A DNA stretch of 36,669 bases from a virus (lineage: Duplodnaviria > Caudoviricetes): positions 1 to 36,669 of IMG/VR virus record IMGVR_UViG_3300025896_000079. One strand, written 5' to 3'. Positions 1 to 9,774 of this stretch are shown here, piece by piece; position 1 is the stretch's first letter; each line of letters starts with the position of its first letter. A program made the translations under genes and the position numbers. The notes under the pieces were generated by a model, which was given only the letters and a program-made list of their open reading frames with translations, searched no databases and was not told where the DNA came from.

Positions 1-1
1 A

Positions 2-100
2 TGTGCTATCGATCAATACTTCGGACTTGTAGGTCAACAATTAGCACTTAAAGGTGCAGCTTCTGGAAAATCTCCATTGGTAGTTGGTCTTAACGATTAA
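2..100 (+). CDS. Major capsid protein, C-terminal fragment (partial)
   Basis: Frame open from base 2 (CAIDQYFGLVGQQLALKGAASGKSPLVVGLND*), with a D-x-x-F-G motif typical of HK97-fold capsid C-termini. It is followed by a terminator and complements the truncated capsid ORF at the window end. Confidence 0.75.
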   Translation, partial: CAIDQYFGLVGQQLALKGAASGKSPLVVGLND

Positions 101-113
101 TTAGATTTTAATT

Positions 114-153
114 AAAAAGTCTCTATGGTTTAATCACTGTAGAGACTTTTTTT
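114..153 (+). terminator. Intrinsic terminator after the capsid gene (bidirectional-looking)
   Basis: AAAAAGTCTCTA-TGGTTTAATCACTG-TAGAGACTTTTTTT: 12-bp stem with a T run after it and an A run before it. Confidence 0.85.
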
Positions 154-178
154 ATGCCCTTTATTTGGAGAGTTACCA

Positions 179-499
179 ATGAACAAATATTATGATTCAC
201 AAGTGCTAACATCCACCACGAATACACCCACTAAAGATGTTTACAATTGCGATCGCTATGCGATCCAGGCAGATTATACAGGAACTTTTTCAGGTTCTTT
301 GAAGTTACAAGTATCAAATGATGAAGCCGACTCAGTTACTAATTGGGTTGACCTAGCTAGCTCTACAGTGGCAATCACTTCAGCCGGTTCATACGTATGG
401 AACGTGAAGCAAGTAGCCTATAGAGCGGTAAGAGTAGTTTACACTTACACGTCTGGGTCAGTTACTTTGAGCTTATCAATTACTACTAAAGGGGAATAA
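179..499 (+). CDS. Small beta-rich virion protein (putative head decoration or fibre anchor)
   Basis: 106 aa, GGAG RBS, beta-sandwich-like pattern (LKLQVSND...WVDL...YRAVRVVYT), located directly after the capsid gene. Confidence 0.55.
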   Translation: MNKYYDSQVLTSTTNTPTKDVYNCDRYAIQADYTGTFSGSLKLQVSNDEADSVTNWVDLASSTVAITSAGSYVWNVKQVAYRAVRVVYTYTSGSVTLSLSITTKGE

Positions 500-500
500 C

Positions 501-2897
501 ATGGCGTCAGGATATATTGATCTACCCGTAGAGGGTGGCGGTGGAACCGTTGATCTAACCACTGGTGTAACGGGAGTTCTTCCAATTGCTAACGGAGGGA
601 CTAATAATTCTTCTACTTATACTGCAGGATCTATCCCTTTCTCTAATGGAACTAGCTTAACTCAAGATAATTCAAACTTATTTTGGGATAATACAAATAA
701 AAGACTTGGTATCGGAACTGGAGCAACAACTCCTTCAGCTCCAATCGATATCCATATGTCTACGAACCCTGCTTTTCAAGCTACAAGCTCTGCAGCTTAT
801 GGATCAACATCGGGTGCGAACATAACAGTAGCAGCGGATACAGGTGCAGCGGTTACTTCAGGTGCTAAACTTGGGGGATTAAATTTTAACGGTGCCACAA
901 ATGCTTCTGCTTCAATTTTGCCAGGGGCATATCTAGAAGCTCTTTCTACTGAGAGCTGGTCAGCTACTGCTAGAGGGTCTTCATTAAATATTTATACAAC
1001 TCCCAATACAACAACAACTAAAACATTGGCTGTTACGGTTGGACAAGATCAATCCTTTGGGGTGACTTCTGCAAGTACAACATCTTTAACCGTTGGTCCC
1101 AATGGAACTACTAACCCAGTTTTACAGATAGACTCTTCTACTGCCTCTCAGGCGAACGGATTGAAGATCACAGGGACGGCAGCCGCTGCGGGCGTTACCG
1201 TAGCCGCAGTTTCTTCAAACGCTAACGAAGGAATCAACCTTACTTCAAAAGGAGCCGGGGCAGTGGCTGTTCAGGTTGGAGGTGTTTCTAAATACACGGC
1301 AAGTTCTAGTTCGAATGTTTTTTCAGTTTCAGCTACTTCTGCCATAACGAATAGATTCCAGGTAAATGCAAATACCGACACAGCCCTAACGGCTTCTAGT
1401 GAAGCAACTCATACGCATTTTAACTTATCCTCTACTCGCCAACATGCTACTGGAGCACTATCATTGCAACGTGATTTTAGAGTTACTCCATCACTTCATT
1501 CATTTGTCGGAGCTTCAACTCTTACGAACGCAGCGGCTTTTTCGGTGGATGGTCCATCGAACGGAAGCACGAATGCAACTATTACAAATTCAAGCGCCCT
1601 CTATATTCCAACTTCAGCTTTAACTAATGTAACAAACTCTTATGGGTTAAACGTAGCAGCTACAACTGGAGCTACAAATAACTACGCTGGTATTTTTACA
1701 GGTGGTAATGTTGGAATTGGTCTTGCTTCCCCCGTTGCAACTTTAGACGTAACTGGAACTCAAAACATAACTTCTGCAAGTGCAACATCTTTAACCGTTG
1801 GTCCCAATGGAACTACGAATCCAGTACTTCAAATTGATTCATCTACTGCTTCTCAGGCTACTGGGATAAAAGTTACGGGTGCAGCAGCAGCAGGAGGAGT
1901 TTCGATAGCTGTAATTTCATCTGGGACCAATGAAAATATAAACATAGAAGGGAAAGGTGCTGGTCAGGTAGTACTTAAGTCAAATGGTCTGGCAAAATTT
2001 ACGGCTACTCCAACCCAGAACGGTTTTACCCAGGCGGCAAACTCTGCAGCAGCAACGGCTCGTTTTCTAGTAACTGGAGCAGCAGATGCTTCCTTAACTG
2101 CCTCAACTGAAGCTCCTCACACTTATTTCGATATTGGACAAACTCGTCAACACGCTACCGGAGCAATAACTCTTCAGCGAGATTTTAGAATTAGACCTTC
2201 GATACATTCATTCGTTGGAGCAAGTACGATTACAGACTCAGCGGCTTTTTCGGTAGATGGTCCTTCTAATGCTAGTACGAATGCAACTGTAACTAACTCA
2301 AGTGCTATCTATGTTCCTTCGGCATCTATTTCAAACACGACAAATACATATGGATTGAATATTTCAGCCGCTACTGGTGGAACAAATAACTACGCTGCTA
2401 CCTTTCAAACTGGTAATGTGGGAATGGGTACGGCTACACCGGCAACTAATTTAGAGGTGAAGTCACTAAGTGCTGGAGCTAACTCTACAATCAGAGTAAG
2501 CAATGACGGATCAGCAACAGGCAACTCCGTAATATCTTTTTATAGAGTAGCGTCAGACTTTGGAGAGGTGAAATATGTTCCAGGGGGGGGCGCTAACACT
2601 GGGATGTATTACAACTCCGGTAGAACTGCGGTTGATTCACATCATACCTTTCAGGTTAATGGTTCTGATAAAATGAGAATAGATAATACGGGAAGTTTAG
2701 TTATCGGTTCAATTACCGCCAACGCTAACGCTATTCTTGATGTTCAATCAACTACTAAAGCCTTCATGCCACCTCGAATGACCACAACTCAGAAGAATGC
2801 GATTGCTTCACCTACTGCTGGCATGGTTGTCTATGATGCCACTCTGGCAAAACTTTGCATCTATACGACTGCATGGGAAACAATTACTTCAGTTTAA
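501..2897 (+). CDS. Long fibre/adhesin protein with an internal ~235-aa duplication
   Basis: 798 aa, T/S/A/G-rich. Fibre motifs VTGVLPIANGGT, LFWDNTNKRLGIGT and GNVGIG; C-terminal LDVQSTTKAFMPPRMTTTQKNAIASPTAGMVVYD module. Confidence 0.75.
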   Translation: MASGYIDLPVEGGGGTVDLTTGVTGVLPIANGGTNNSSTYTAGSIPFSNGTSLTQDNSNLFWDNTNKRLGIGTGATTPSAPIDIHMSTNPAFQATSSAAYGSTSGANITVAADTGAAVTSGAKLGGLNFNGATNASASILPGAYLEALSTESWSATARGSSLNIYTTPNTTTTKTLAVTVGQDQSFGVTSASTTSLTVGPNGTTNPVLQIDSSTASQANGLKITGTAAAAGVTVAAVSSNANEGINLTSKGAGAVAVQVGGVSKYTASSSSNVFSVSATSAITNRFQVNANTDTALTASSEATHTHFNLSSTRQHATGALSLQRDFRVTPSLHSFVGASTLTNAAAFSVDGPSNGSTNATITNSSALYIPTSALTNVTNSYGLNVAATTGATNNYAGIFTGGNVGIGLASPVATLDVTGTQNITSASATSLTVGPNGTTNPVLQIDSSTASQATGIKVTGAAAAGGVSIAVISSGTNENINIEGKGAGQVVLKSNGLAKFTATPTQNGFTQAANSAAATARFLVTGAADASLTASTEAPHTYFDIGQTRQHATGAITLQRDFRIRPSIHSFVGASTITDSAAFSVDGPSNASTNATVTNSSAIYVPSASISNTTNTYGLNISAATGGTNNYAATFQTGNVGMGTATPATNLEVKSLSAGANSTIRVSNDGSATGNSVISFYRVASDFGEVKYVPGGGANTGMYYNSGRTAVDSHHTFQVNGSDKMRIDNTGSLVIGSITANANAILDVQSTTKAFMPPRMTTTQKNAIASPTAGMVVYDATLAKLCIYTTAWETITSV
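1065..2425 (+). repeat. Diverged tandem duplication, 705-nt period (~1065-1720 and ~1770-2425)
   Basis: ACTTCTGCAAGT(A/G)CAACATCTTTAACCGTTGGTCCCAATGGAACTAC occurs at 1065 and 1770; the protein blocks TRQHATGA-x-x-LQRDFR and AAFSVDGPSN recur. Confidence 0.95.
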
Positions 2898-2910
2898 TTA
2901 GGAGATTTAT

Positions 2911-3180
2911 ATGGCAATTAAAAAAAGTGTTGAATTAGAAAATGGTGTAATAGCTGAGTATTGGAGAATAGAAAACGTGGTTCTTATCAATGGAAGCAAT
3001 CAAGCCGAAGTGCTGCTTGAGCTTTGGAAAGATAAATCAGTAAGACAAAACTCTTCTAAAACTTCAGTAAAGAAAGAACTTTATTTTGTAGAACTGGAAT
3101 CTTTAAACTGCGACATCTTCCCAACTTGTTATTCTAAGATTAAACTTTTAGAAAATTTTACAGGAGCAGAAGATGTTTAA
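2911..3180 (+). CDS. Putative fibre assembly chaperone or fibre-associated protein
   Basis: 89 aa with AGGAG RBS, immediately after the fibre gene; MAIKKSVELENGV..EYWRI...F.GAEDV is a pattern I associate with small proteins following phage fibres. Confidence 0.5.
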   Translation: MAIKKSVELENGVIAEYWRIENVVLINGSNQAEVLLELWKDKSVRQNSSKTSVKKELYFVELESLNCDIFPTCYSKIKLLENFTGAEDV

Positions 3181-3313
3181 GATCAGCGAAGAGCAATTGA
3201 ATAAAGTCCTTAGTCTTTTAGGTGAAATGCCAGCCAAGGTTTCTTTCGAAGTAATCAAAGAATTACTTAGCTTGGAAAAACTAGAGGAAAAAGAAGATGA
3301 GATTCTTCCATAA
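3173..3313 (+). CDS. Small hypothetical protein (46 aa, not in ORF track)
   Basis: MFKISEEQLNKVLSLLGEMPAKVSFEVIKELLSLEKLEEKEDEILP*; AGGAG RBS at 3162-3166; fills the gap between neighbours. Confidence 0.7.
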   Translation: MFKISEEQLNKVLSLLGEMPAKVSFEVIKELLSLEKLEEKEDEILP

Positions 3314-4094
3314 TAATACTGAAATAACTAAGAATACGGAGAGACTAGACACCTCGACGTATTCTTTAACTTATCTAACTGGCAGCTATATTTATATCGC
3401 TAGTGATTTCCCTTTTAATCATCTCTACATGAAACTAGGGACGATTAAGAACGTAGTATCTAACACGACGATGACCGTTGAATATTACGGAACATCTTGG
3501 AATTCAGTGGTGGAATTAAACGATGGAACGAGTGGCTTATCTGCTAGTGGTTTTATTGATTTCACTCCTAATAGAAATTATGGGTGGTCAATGGCGTACG
3601 ATTCCACAATCATTGGGATCAGCAAGACGCTTTACGATAAGTATTGGACACGTATTTCGTTTGACAAGAATCTAACAGCTTCAATTGATCTATCTTTTTT
3701 AGGGATTAAGTTCAGCGATGATGATGATCTTTTTGCAGAATACCCAGTTTTTAATGACTCTAATTTCATGGCAGCTTATAAAACGGCTAAGACCGATTGG
3801 GAAGAACAAGAAATCAAAGCATCCTCTCTTATAATTGATGATCTTAAAAAGAAGAATGTCATTGTAGCAGCCGAGCAAGTCTTAGACCGTAAACGCTTCA
3901 TTGGGGCGAATACCTGTAAGACGGCTGAGATTATCTTCAATGCATTTGGAAATGATTATTTAGAGCAAAAGAAAGCCGCTAAAGAAGAATACTCTAAACG
4001 CCTGGATCTTTCTCAATACAATATCGATAAAGATAACAATGCAATCCTAACACCAGGTGAAATCGTTCAATCCCAAGGATGGCTATGTCGATAA
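3297..4094 (+). CDS. Putative head-tail adaptor/neck protein
   Basis: 265 aa; helical-looking C-terminal part; positioned between head and tail genes. Confidence 0.5.
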   Translation: MRFFHNNTEITKNTERLDTSTYSLTYLTGSYIYIASDFPFNHLYMKLGTIKNVVSNTTMTVEYYGTSWNSVVELNDGTSGLSASGFIDFTPNRNYGWSMAYDSTIIGISKTLYDKYWTRISFDKNLTASIDLSFLGIKFSDDDDLFAEYPVFNDSNFMAAYKTAKTDWEEQEIKASSLIIDDLKKKNVIVAAEQVLDRKRFIGANTCKTAEIIFNAFGNDYLEQKKAAKEEYSKRLDLSQYNIDKDNNAILTPGEIVQSQGWLCR

Positions 4095-4537
4095 GTACTG
4101 TCTACGATGCCATTATAAATAAAGCTGGAGTCCTATTTCCATCTAAACAACGCCTACACAATCCTTATGAGCTATCGGACAACCCAGAATTGATCATGAA
4201 AGATTCATGGGGACTTAAGGTTGGAAGCGCAGAAAGAATTGATATCGAGTTTTGTAATCTAAGTGTGAAGCGTGAATATGTCTTCATTCTACTTAGACAA
4301 TTCTCTACTGTAGGAAATAAGGAAGAGGCTTTTGACACAGTTTCAAAGGCAATTCTAGAAGACCAACAAACATTTATGAATAGTTTCTACTCTCCTAGTG
4401 AGATTGGATTACCTAGCTCTATAGACCAAATTGAAATCAGCAACATCGGGGGAATTGAATTCAACACCGCCGATCAAAAGAAATACCTTTTTTGTGAATT
4501 AACATTTAACATTACTCTAAGTGAAGCAGTAATTTAA
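4079..4537 (+). CDS. Putative tail terminator/completion protein
   Basis: About 150 aa, directly upstream of the major tail protein (start may be the ATG at 4085). Confidence 0.55.
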   Translation: MAMSISTVYDAIINKAGVLFPSKQRLHNPYELSDNPELIMKDSWGLKVGSAERIDIEFCNLSVKREYVFILLRQFSTVGNKEEAFDTVSKAILEDQQTFMNSFYSPSEIGLPSSIDQIEISNIGGIEFNTADQKKYLFCELTFNITLSEAVI

Positions 4538-4549
4538 GGAGAGAATTAT

Positions 4550-6055
4550 ATGACAGTAGGATTGAACAGAGCGTCAAGCTTTGCAGTTAAAGAAGAGTCT
4601 ACCCCAGGGATTTACGTTCCCCCTAGTGCTGGGTCGGATTTTATTCCTATTCGCCCAGGTAACGAACTCTCTTATGAACCAGAAAATCTAGAAAGCGATG
4701 AGCTTTTAAATGATATCGGAGCTGCTAAATCTTTCGTAGGGAAAGAAGTAGTTAAAGGAAAGCACTCTGCTTACTTAAAACACTCAGGTGTTGAGGGTCA
4801 AGAAACTGAAGTTGGTGTTCTTTATGAATCAATCATGGGGACTAAGACCGTAGCTTCAACTGACTACCCTACTGTATCATCATCTACTACAAGCCTAATT
4901 AAAGTTAACACTGGAATTGGAGCTAACTTCATCGTTGGTCAACCACTCCTAATTAAAAATAGTGCTGGATACGAAATGAGAAACGTAGCCTCTATCAGCG
5001 GTGATGATCTTACTCTTAACTTCAAACTAACTAACTCCCCTGCAAGCGGGGTGTATTTGGGCAAGGCTATCACCTACTCGCCCGTGGCGACCGGACATCC
5101 TACATTTTCAACATCTAAATACATTGGTGGTGGATACGCTAAGGAAGTTTCAGCCGGTAATACTGTTACTGACTTAAGCATTAAGGCTGATGCCAATGCA
5201 ATGGCTGAAGTTGAATTCTCTTTCGAAGGGACTAAGTACTACTACAATCCTTTAACAATCACGTCTTCAAATAAATATTTGGATTTCACTGATGATCTTG
5301 GGACTTATGCAGTAAGTGTTGCTACAGGTGTTTATAAAACTCCAGTGGCTTTAGCTGATGCTTTAATGGTAGCAATGGAAGCCGTTAACGCTAAGACATA
5401 CTCAGTAGTTTACTCTAGCACTACAGGTAAATTTACAATCACTTCTAACTCTACTCTTCTAAGCTTGTTAGTGTTCTCAGGAACAAATGCAGCTAACGGA
5501 ATTGCTTCTACGTTAGGCTTCACAGTAGCAGCTAATAAGACTGGTGCTGGTGGAATAACTGGATACACTTCTGAAAATGCTCAGACTTATGCAGCTCCCT
5601 ATACACCTTCTTATGATTCAGCCGATGCAATCATCATTAAAGACGCTCAATTATTCATTGGTGGATTAAGTGATAATGTTTGTGTATGCGCTCAATCAGT
5701 AGCTTTAAAAGTGTCTAAGAAAGTGGAAGACGTTGACTGTCTATGCGAAGAAAGCGGTGTACTTGAAAAAGTTCCAACTGCTAGAACAGTAGAACTTTCA
5801 GTGACAGCCGTATTGAATAAGTATGACGTTTCTATGCTAGATGCTCTTCTAAAAAATAGCGGTATCTCAGCAATGTTAAACGCTGGTCCAAAGACTGGTG
5901 GTAACTTCATCGCTGGAAAATGCTTCAACCTTTACATTCCTAATTGTACCGTAGCTTCATTCAAAACTACTGGTGACTCTTTCATTCAGATGGACTTAAC
6001 TCTTAAAGGGTATGTCACATCTATAGGGAAAGATCTTTTTCTAGGTTTTGTATAA
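4550..6055 (+). CDS. Major tail (tube) protein with inserted domains
   Basis: Strong TAAGGAG RBS; N-terminus FAVKEESTPG..VPP; lies upstream of the chaperone pair and tape measure gene. Confidence 0.75.
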   Translation: MTVGLNRASSFAVKEESTPGIYVPPSAGSDFIPIRPGNELSYEPENLESDELLNDIGAAKSFVGKEVVKGKHSAYLKHSGVEGQETEVGVLYESIMGTKTVASTDYPTVSSSTTSLIKVNTGIGANFIVGQPLLIKNSAGYEMRNVASISGDDLTLNFKLTNSPASGVYLGKAITYSPVATGHPTFSTSKYIGGGYAKEVSAGNTVTDLSIKADANAMAEVEFSFEGTKYYYNPLTITSSNKYLDFTDDLGTYAVSVATGVYKTPVALADALMVAMEAVNAKTYSVVYSSTTGKFTITSNSTLLSLLVFSGTNAANGIASTLGFTVAANKTGAGGITGYTSENAQTYAAPYTPSYDSADAIIIKDAQLFIGGLSDNVCVCAQSVALKVSKKVEDVDCLCEESGVLEKVPTARTVELSVTAVLNKYDVSMLDALLKNSGISAMLNAGPKTGGNFIAGKCFNLYIPNCTVASFKTTGDSFIQMDLTLKGYVTSIGKDLFLGFV

Positions 6056-6342
6056 TGAACGAAATAATTACATCTAAGGGAGCCTTGAAATATAGACTTC
6101 CTAATATTGCTGAAGGGTATGACTATCTTTGCCTAATAGACGAAGTGTCTACAGCTAAAGATATCTTTAGAATAAAACATTTAATCATAAATAAAATGGG
6201 ACCTCTTATTCGATATAAAGAATTGGGATATTCTTCTTATGAAGAAGTTTTAGAAGACAAAGAAAACATGAGAAATGTTCTTAGTGAAATATCGGATAAT
6301 ATCTTTAATGATATTTTGGAATTATTAGCAAAAAAGAATTAA
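6055..6342 (+). CDS. Tail assembly chaperone (gpG-like)
   Basis: 95 aa between tail tube and tape measure genes; ends GCA AAA AAG AAT TAA. Confidence 0.8.
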   Translation: MNEIITSKGALKYRLPNIAEGYDYLCLIDEVSTAKDIFRIKHLIINKMGPLIRYKELGYSSYEEVLEDKENMRNVLSEISDNIFNDILELLAKKN

Positions 6343-6578
6343 TTCCGGACGCTATAAATTGCCTTCGGAATAATTTAAAATTTTCTGATATTAGAAATTT
6401 ATGCGATGACGATACTAGTGATGATAAAATACATCGCATTCTAAACCTTAAGAAAGATGTAATGAGATACACTTTCTTTAAAAGATCTTTGGATCTAGGA
6501 ATTAGTTACAATTACTCAGAAATATCATTCTCTGAGTTTTTGCTTTTTAGCTGGATAAAGGAAGGTATGAATGAGTGA
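6330..6578 (+). CDS. -1 frameshift extension of the tail assembly chaperone (gpGT-like, ~174 aa total)
   Basis: Slippery A AAA AAG at 6330-6336. The -1 frame (ELIPDAINCLRNN...WIKEGMNE*) is open for 80 codons to TGA 6576-6578, overlapping the tape measure start. Confidence 0.85.
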   Translation, partial: KKELIPDAINCLRNNLKFSDIRNLCDDDTSDDKIHRILNLKKDVMRYTFFKRSLDLGISYNYSEISFSEFLLFSWIKEGMNE

Positions 6579-8550
6579 AAAATTAGTATTTGATCTTCTG
6601 ACGGGTAAGAATGATTTATCTAAAAGCTTAGATTCAGCTACACAGCAAGCGGCACAATTAAGCTCAATTATGGGAGGTCTTTCTCCCACTGTAGATCAAG
6701 CAAAAAAGGCAGTAGATTCCGCTGGTCAAAGCGTGGAGTCGTTCGTCTCTTCCACTTTAAAGGTGGCTGGAGGTCTAGCTTTATTTTCAGCCGTTGAAAG
6801 GACTATATCTTTCATAACTTCATCTATTTCCGATAGTGTAAAAGCTTACGCCGATCAAGAGGAGGCTCTGAATCAGCTTAATCAATCTCTAAAAATAACC
6901 GGATCATATTCTGAGTCAGCAGTGCAAGGAGTGGAGGCATTCGCCACCTCCCTAGAATCCGTTTCTAAATACAGTGATGATTCAATAATAAAACAAATAG
7001 CCTTTGCTAGATCTCTAGGTATGACTACAGAGCAAGCCAAAGAGACAATCAAAGCGGCTGCAAATATGTCAGCCACTCTTGGTGGAAGCCTAGAGGAGAA
7101 TGTAGAAAAATTAGGAAGATCTTTTTCTGGAACGCTAGCAAAAGGACTGGATAAATTAATTCCTGGGCTAAAGTCTCTAACTAAAGCTCAACTAGAAGCA
7201 GGAGAAGCCGCCACTCTTATTAACGCCAAGTTCTCTGGGGCTTCAGCCAATGAGCTTAATACCTATAATGGGCAATTAGCTAAATTAAAAAATAACTTCA
7301 ATAATGCCCAAGAATCTATGGGAGCTGCTATTGTTAAGAGCTCTATTTTTCAATCGATAATAACTACCAGTACAAAAATATTGGGAGATTATAATAGGGA
7401 GACGGAAGTATCTAACGCTCTTTCGTTAACAAAAGGGAATAGGGATAAGTTAAATTCTCAAACCACTGAACAACTTCAGATAAAACAAAAGCTATTAAAT
7501 GATGAAATAGCAGTATTTCAAAAAATGGCTTCGGAAAGAAAAGGTCAAGGATTTTTTGAAAACCTAATAACTCCTGGTAGTTTATTTGCAATAAACAAAC
7601 AAATAGATAGTTTAGTATTAGCAAGAACAGAAATTGATAAAAGGCTAGCCTCTGGAGCAGCTCCAAAAGAAAAGATAGACATAGCTCCTCCCAAGCAACA
7701 AAGCACAGAAGAATTAGATGCTGCTAATAAAAGAGCTGCAGATTTAAAAGCTATAGACTCTCAACTAGTGCTAGAAAGATCTCAATTAAGAAGTGCTGAA
7801 ATTAACCAAATAATTGGAGAAGAGTTAGGGCGAAATGAGTTAGAGATTCAAAGGATCTATGAATTTAACGCTAAAAAAGCTGAGATAGATGCGGCTCAAA
7901 AAGAAGAATCTCTATCCGTAGGTCTAACGGCTGAAGACAAAAAGGCAGAGCTATTAAAAATAAGTAGAGAAAAGGAATTAGCTCTATTAACTTTAAATAA
8001 TAAGAAAGAATTAGATTTATTGACCGGCAAGTTAGCAGCCGAAAAGAAAGCAGATGATGCAGCTATAAAGCAAAAAATAACTAATCTGGGGTATTTAAAT
8101 TCTGAAACACAAGCTGCCTTTGCCTTCGGGGCTGCAGTGGCTAAAGATGGTAGTAAAGAGCAGTTTTTAATTAATAAAGCAGCCGCTCTAGCTCAAGCTG
8201 CAATAGCCTGGTCAACTGGTATAGCTAACTCTTTATTACTTCCTCCTCCCGCCAACTTAGTAGCTGAGGCAAACGCCAATAGAGTGGGTGCTTTGTCAGT
8301 AGCCACCATAGCAGCAACAACTTTAAAAGGATTTGCTGGGGGAGGTATTGTCGGAGCTACCACGGGTGCAGATAATAGAATTGCCTCAATTCGTGACGGA
8401 GAGATGGTGCTAAATGCTAATCAACAAAAGAATCTATTCGACATGATTAATAACGGAGGAACAAACTCTCCTATTATTATTCAGGTGGACGGTAGAGAGA
8501 TTGCCCGAGCCGTAAGAAATCAAATTCAAGGTGGATTTGTTTTAGCTTAG
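6571..8550 (+). CDS. Tape measure protein
   Basis: 659 aa, Ala/Lys-rich and helical, C-terminal GFAGGGIVG...DGEMVLN...IQVDGREIA motif, canonical position. Confidence 0.9.
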   Translation: MSEKLVFDLLTGKNDLSKSLDSATQQAAQLSSIMGGLSPTVDQAKKAVDSAGQSVESFVSSTLKVAGGLALFSAVERTISFITSSISDSVKAYADQEEALNQLNQSLKITGSYSESAVQGVEAFATSLESVSKYSDDSIIKQIAFARSLGMTTEQAKETIKAAANMSATLGGSLEENVEKLGRSFSGTLAKGLDKLIPGLKSLTKAQLEAGEAATLINAKFSGASANELNTYNGQLAKLKNNFNNAQESMGAAIVKSSIFQSIITTSTKILGDYNRETEVSNALSLTKGNRDKLNSQTTEQLQIKQKLLNDEIAVFQKMASERKGQGFFENLITPGSLFAINKQIDSLVLARTEIDKRLASGAAPKEKIDIAPPKQQSTEELDAANKRAADLKAIDSQLVLERSQLRSAEINQIIGEELGRNELEIQRIYEFNAKKAEIDAAQKEESLSVGLTAEDKKAELLKISREKELALLTLNNKKELDLLTGKLAAEKKADDAAIKQKITNLGYLNSETQAAFAFGAAVAKDGSKEQFLINKAAALAQAAIAWSTGIANSLLLPPPANLVAEANANRVGALSVATIAATTLKGFAGGGIVGATTGADNRIASIRDGEMVLNANQQKNLFDMINNGGTNSPIIIQVDGREIARAVRNQIQGGFVLA

Positions 8551-8566
8551 ATGAGAACATAATTAT

Positions 8567-9328
8567 ATGAGCAGTTGTTTTAAATTATTTGATGTTAATC
8601 TTTGTGATCAAGCAACTTTTACTGCTTCCACAGAGAACGCTCTATTCCCTTCTAGCAATCTAAAAGATCCTAGACGCTCTAAGGTTTATCGCTCTACAAC
8701 TAATTCGGATAATCTAATCATAGACTTTCAAGAAAACTCAGAAGTTAACGCCATTTTCATAGTCGGATCTAAACGTGATGGGCTTGGAATCTCTACGGTA
8801 ACTGTAGAGTTTAGTGCTACCTCTAATTTCACATCGCCAGCTTATTCTATATCAGTCCCTTTAATTGAAAAATTCGATATGGGCTACATCTCATTCACAA
8901 CCGTAGAGTATAGATTCGCTAGAATTGTTATGACCTCTACACTTGGATATTGTGAACTTTCTAAAGTCTTTATTGGAAAAGAGGTTCCTCTTACTTCTAG
9001 CATAAGTTTTGGATGGACCATAAAAGATGAAGAGCTATCTAATAAGACAAAGAATAGATACGGACAAATATTTACAGATATAATCGCAAGACAAAAGACT
9101 ATTGGAGTGGCTTTTAAGCTTCTAGATAAAGACAATCTAGATCTACTTAATACTGTAATAGATAGAGTTGGTGAATCTAAGCCATTTTATATTATGCTAG
9201 GAAATAGCAACATGGCAGTAGATTATAGAAGGTACTCTGGACCAGTGGTATTTGAGGATATTCCTACCGTGACCAATACAAGCTTTAATAGGTTCAATCT
9301 CTCTATGACCTTAAAGGAGTTAATGTAA
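8567..9328 (+). CDS. Putative distal tail (Dit-like) protein
   Basis: 253 aa directly after the tape measure gene, with an N-terminal galactose-binding/discoidin-like pattern (FPSSNLKD...LIIDF). Confidence 0.5.
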   Translation: MSSCFKLFDVNLCDQATFTASTENALFPSSNLKDPRRSKVYRSTTNSDNLIIDFQENSEVNAIFIVGSKRDGLGISTVTVEFSATSNFTSPAYSISVPLIEKFDMGYISFTTVEYRFARIVMTSTLGYCELSKVFIGKEVPLTSSISFGWTIKDEELSNKTKNRYGQIFTDIIARQKTIGVAFKLLDKDNLDLLNTVIDRVGESKPFYIMLGNSNMAVDYRRYSGPVVFEDIPTVTNTSFNRFNLSMTLKELM

Positions 9329-9771
9329 TGACAACTCTTTTAGTGGATAAATTAGTAGAAACTTTATCTCAAGACATCACTGTTACCTCTAGCAATAGAA
9401 TACATGTAGCGGCTTTTATTCCCTACATTTATATGTGCAATGCCCCAGCTGGAACATTTACTTTCTCTTTAATTCAAAACTCAATTACTATTTTTAGTAA
9501 AACATTTACTAGTACAGAAATAAAAACATCCTTAGCTACTTCAAATAATTACGCTCACGCCTTTTACCCTCTAATCCCTGATTACTTAGTACAAATGAGC
9601 AGCGGTTCATACACTGTTAAATTATCTGCTTCTGGGTATACTCCTAGTGAAAGCAGCTATCTTGGATGGATAAGACAATTTGAAAATATTCAAAATGAAA
9701 TGAGTTACACTCCTACAACGGATAGACAAAACCCATTAGCAATTAGAATTAAAACTTATAAGAAGGAATAA
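9328..9771 (+). CDS. Minor tail protein (hypothetical)
   Basis: 147 aa, coupled by a TAATG overlap within the tail operon. Confidence 0.5.
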   Translation: MTTLLVDKLVETLSQDITVTSSNRIHVAAFIPYIYMCNAPAGTFTFSLIQNSITIFSKTFTSTEIKTSLATSNNYAHAFYPLIPDYLVQMSSGSYTVKLSASGYTPSESSYLGWIRQFENIQNEMSYTPTTDRQNPLAIRIKTYKKE

Positions 9772-9774
9772 TAA

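Noticed and set aside
1065-2425. Diversity-generating retroelement TR/VR pair
   Set aside because: Both copies are in-frame parts of one protein, differences are not adenine-specific, and no reverse transcriptase is present.
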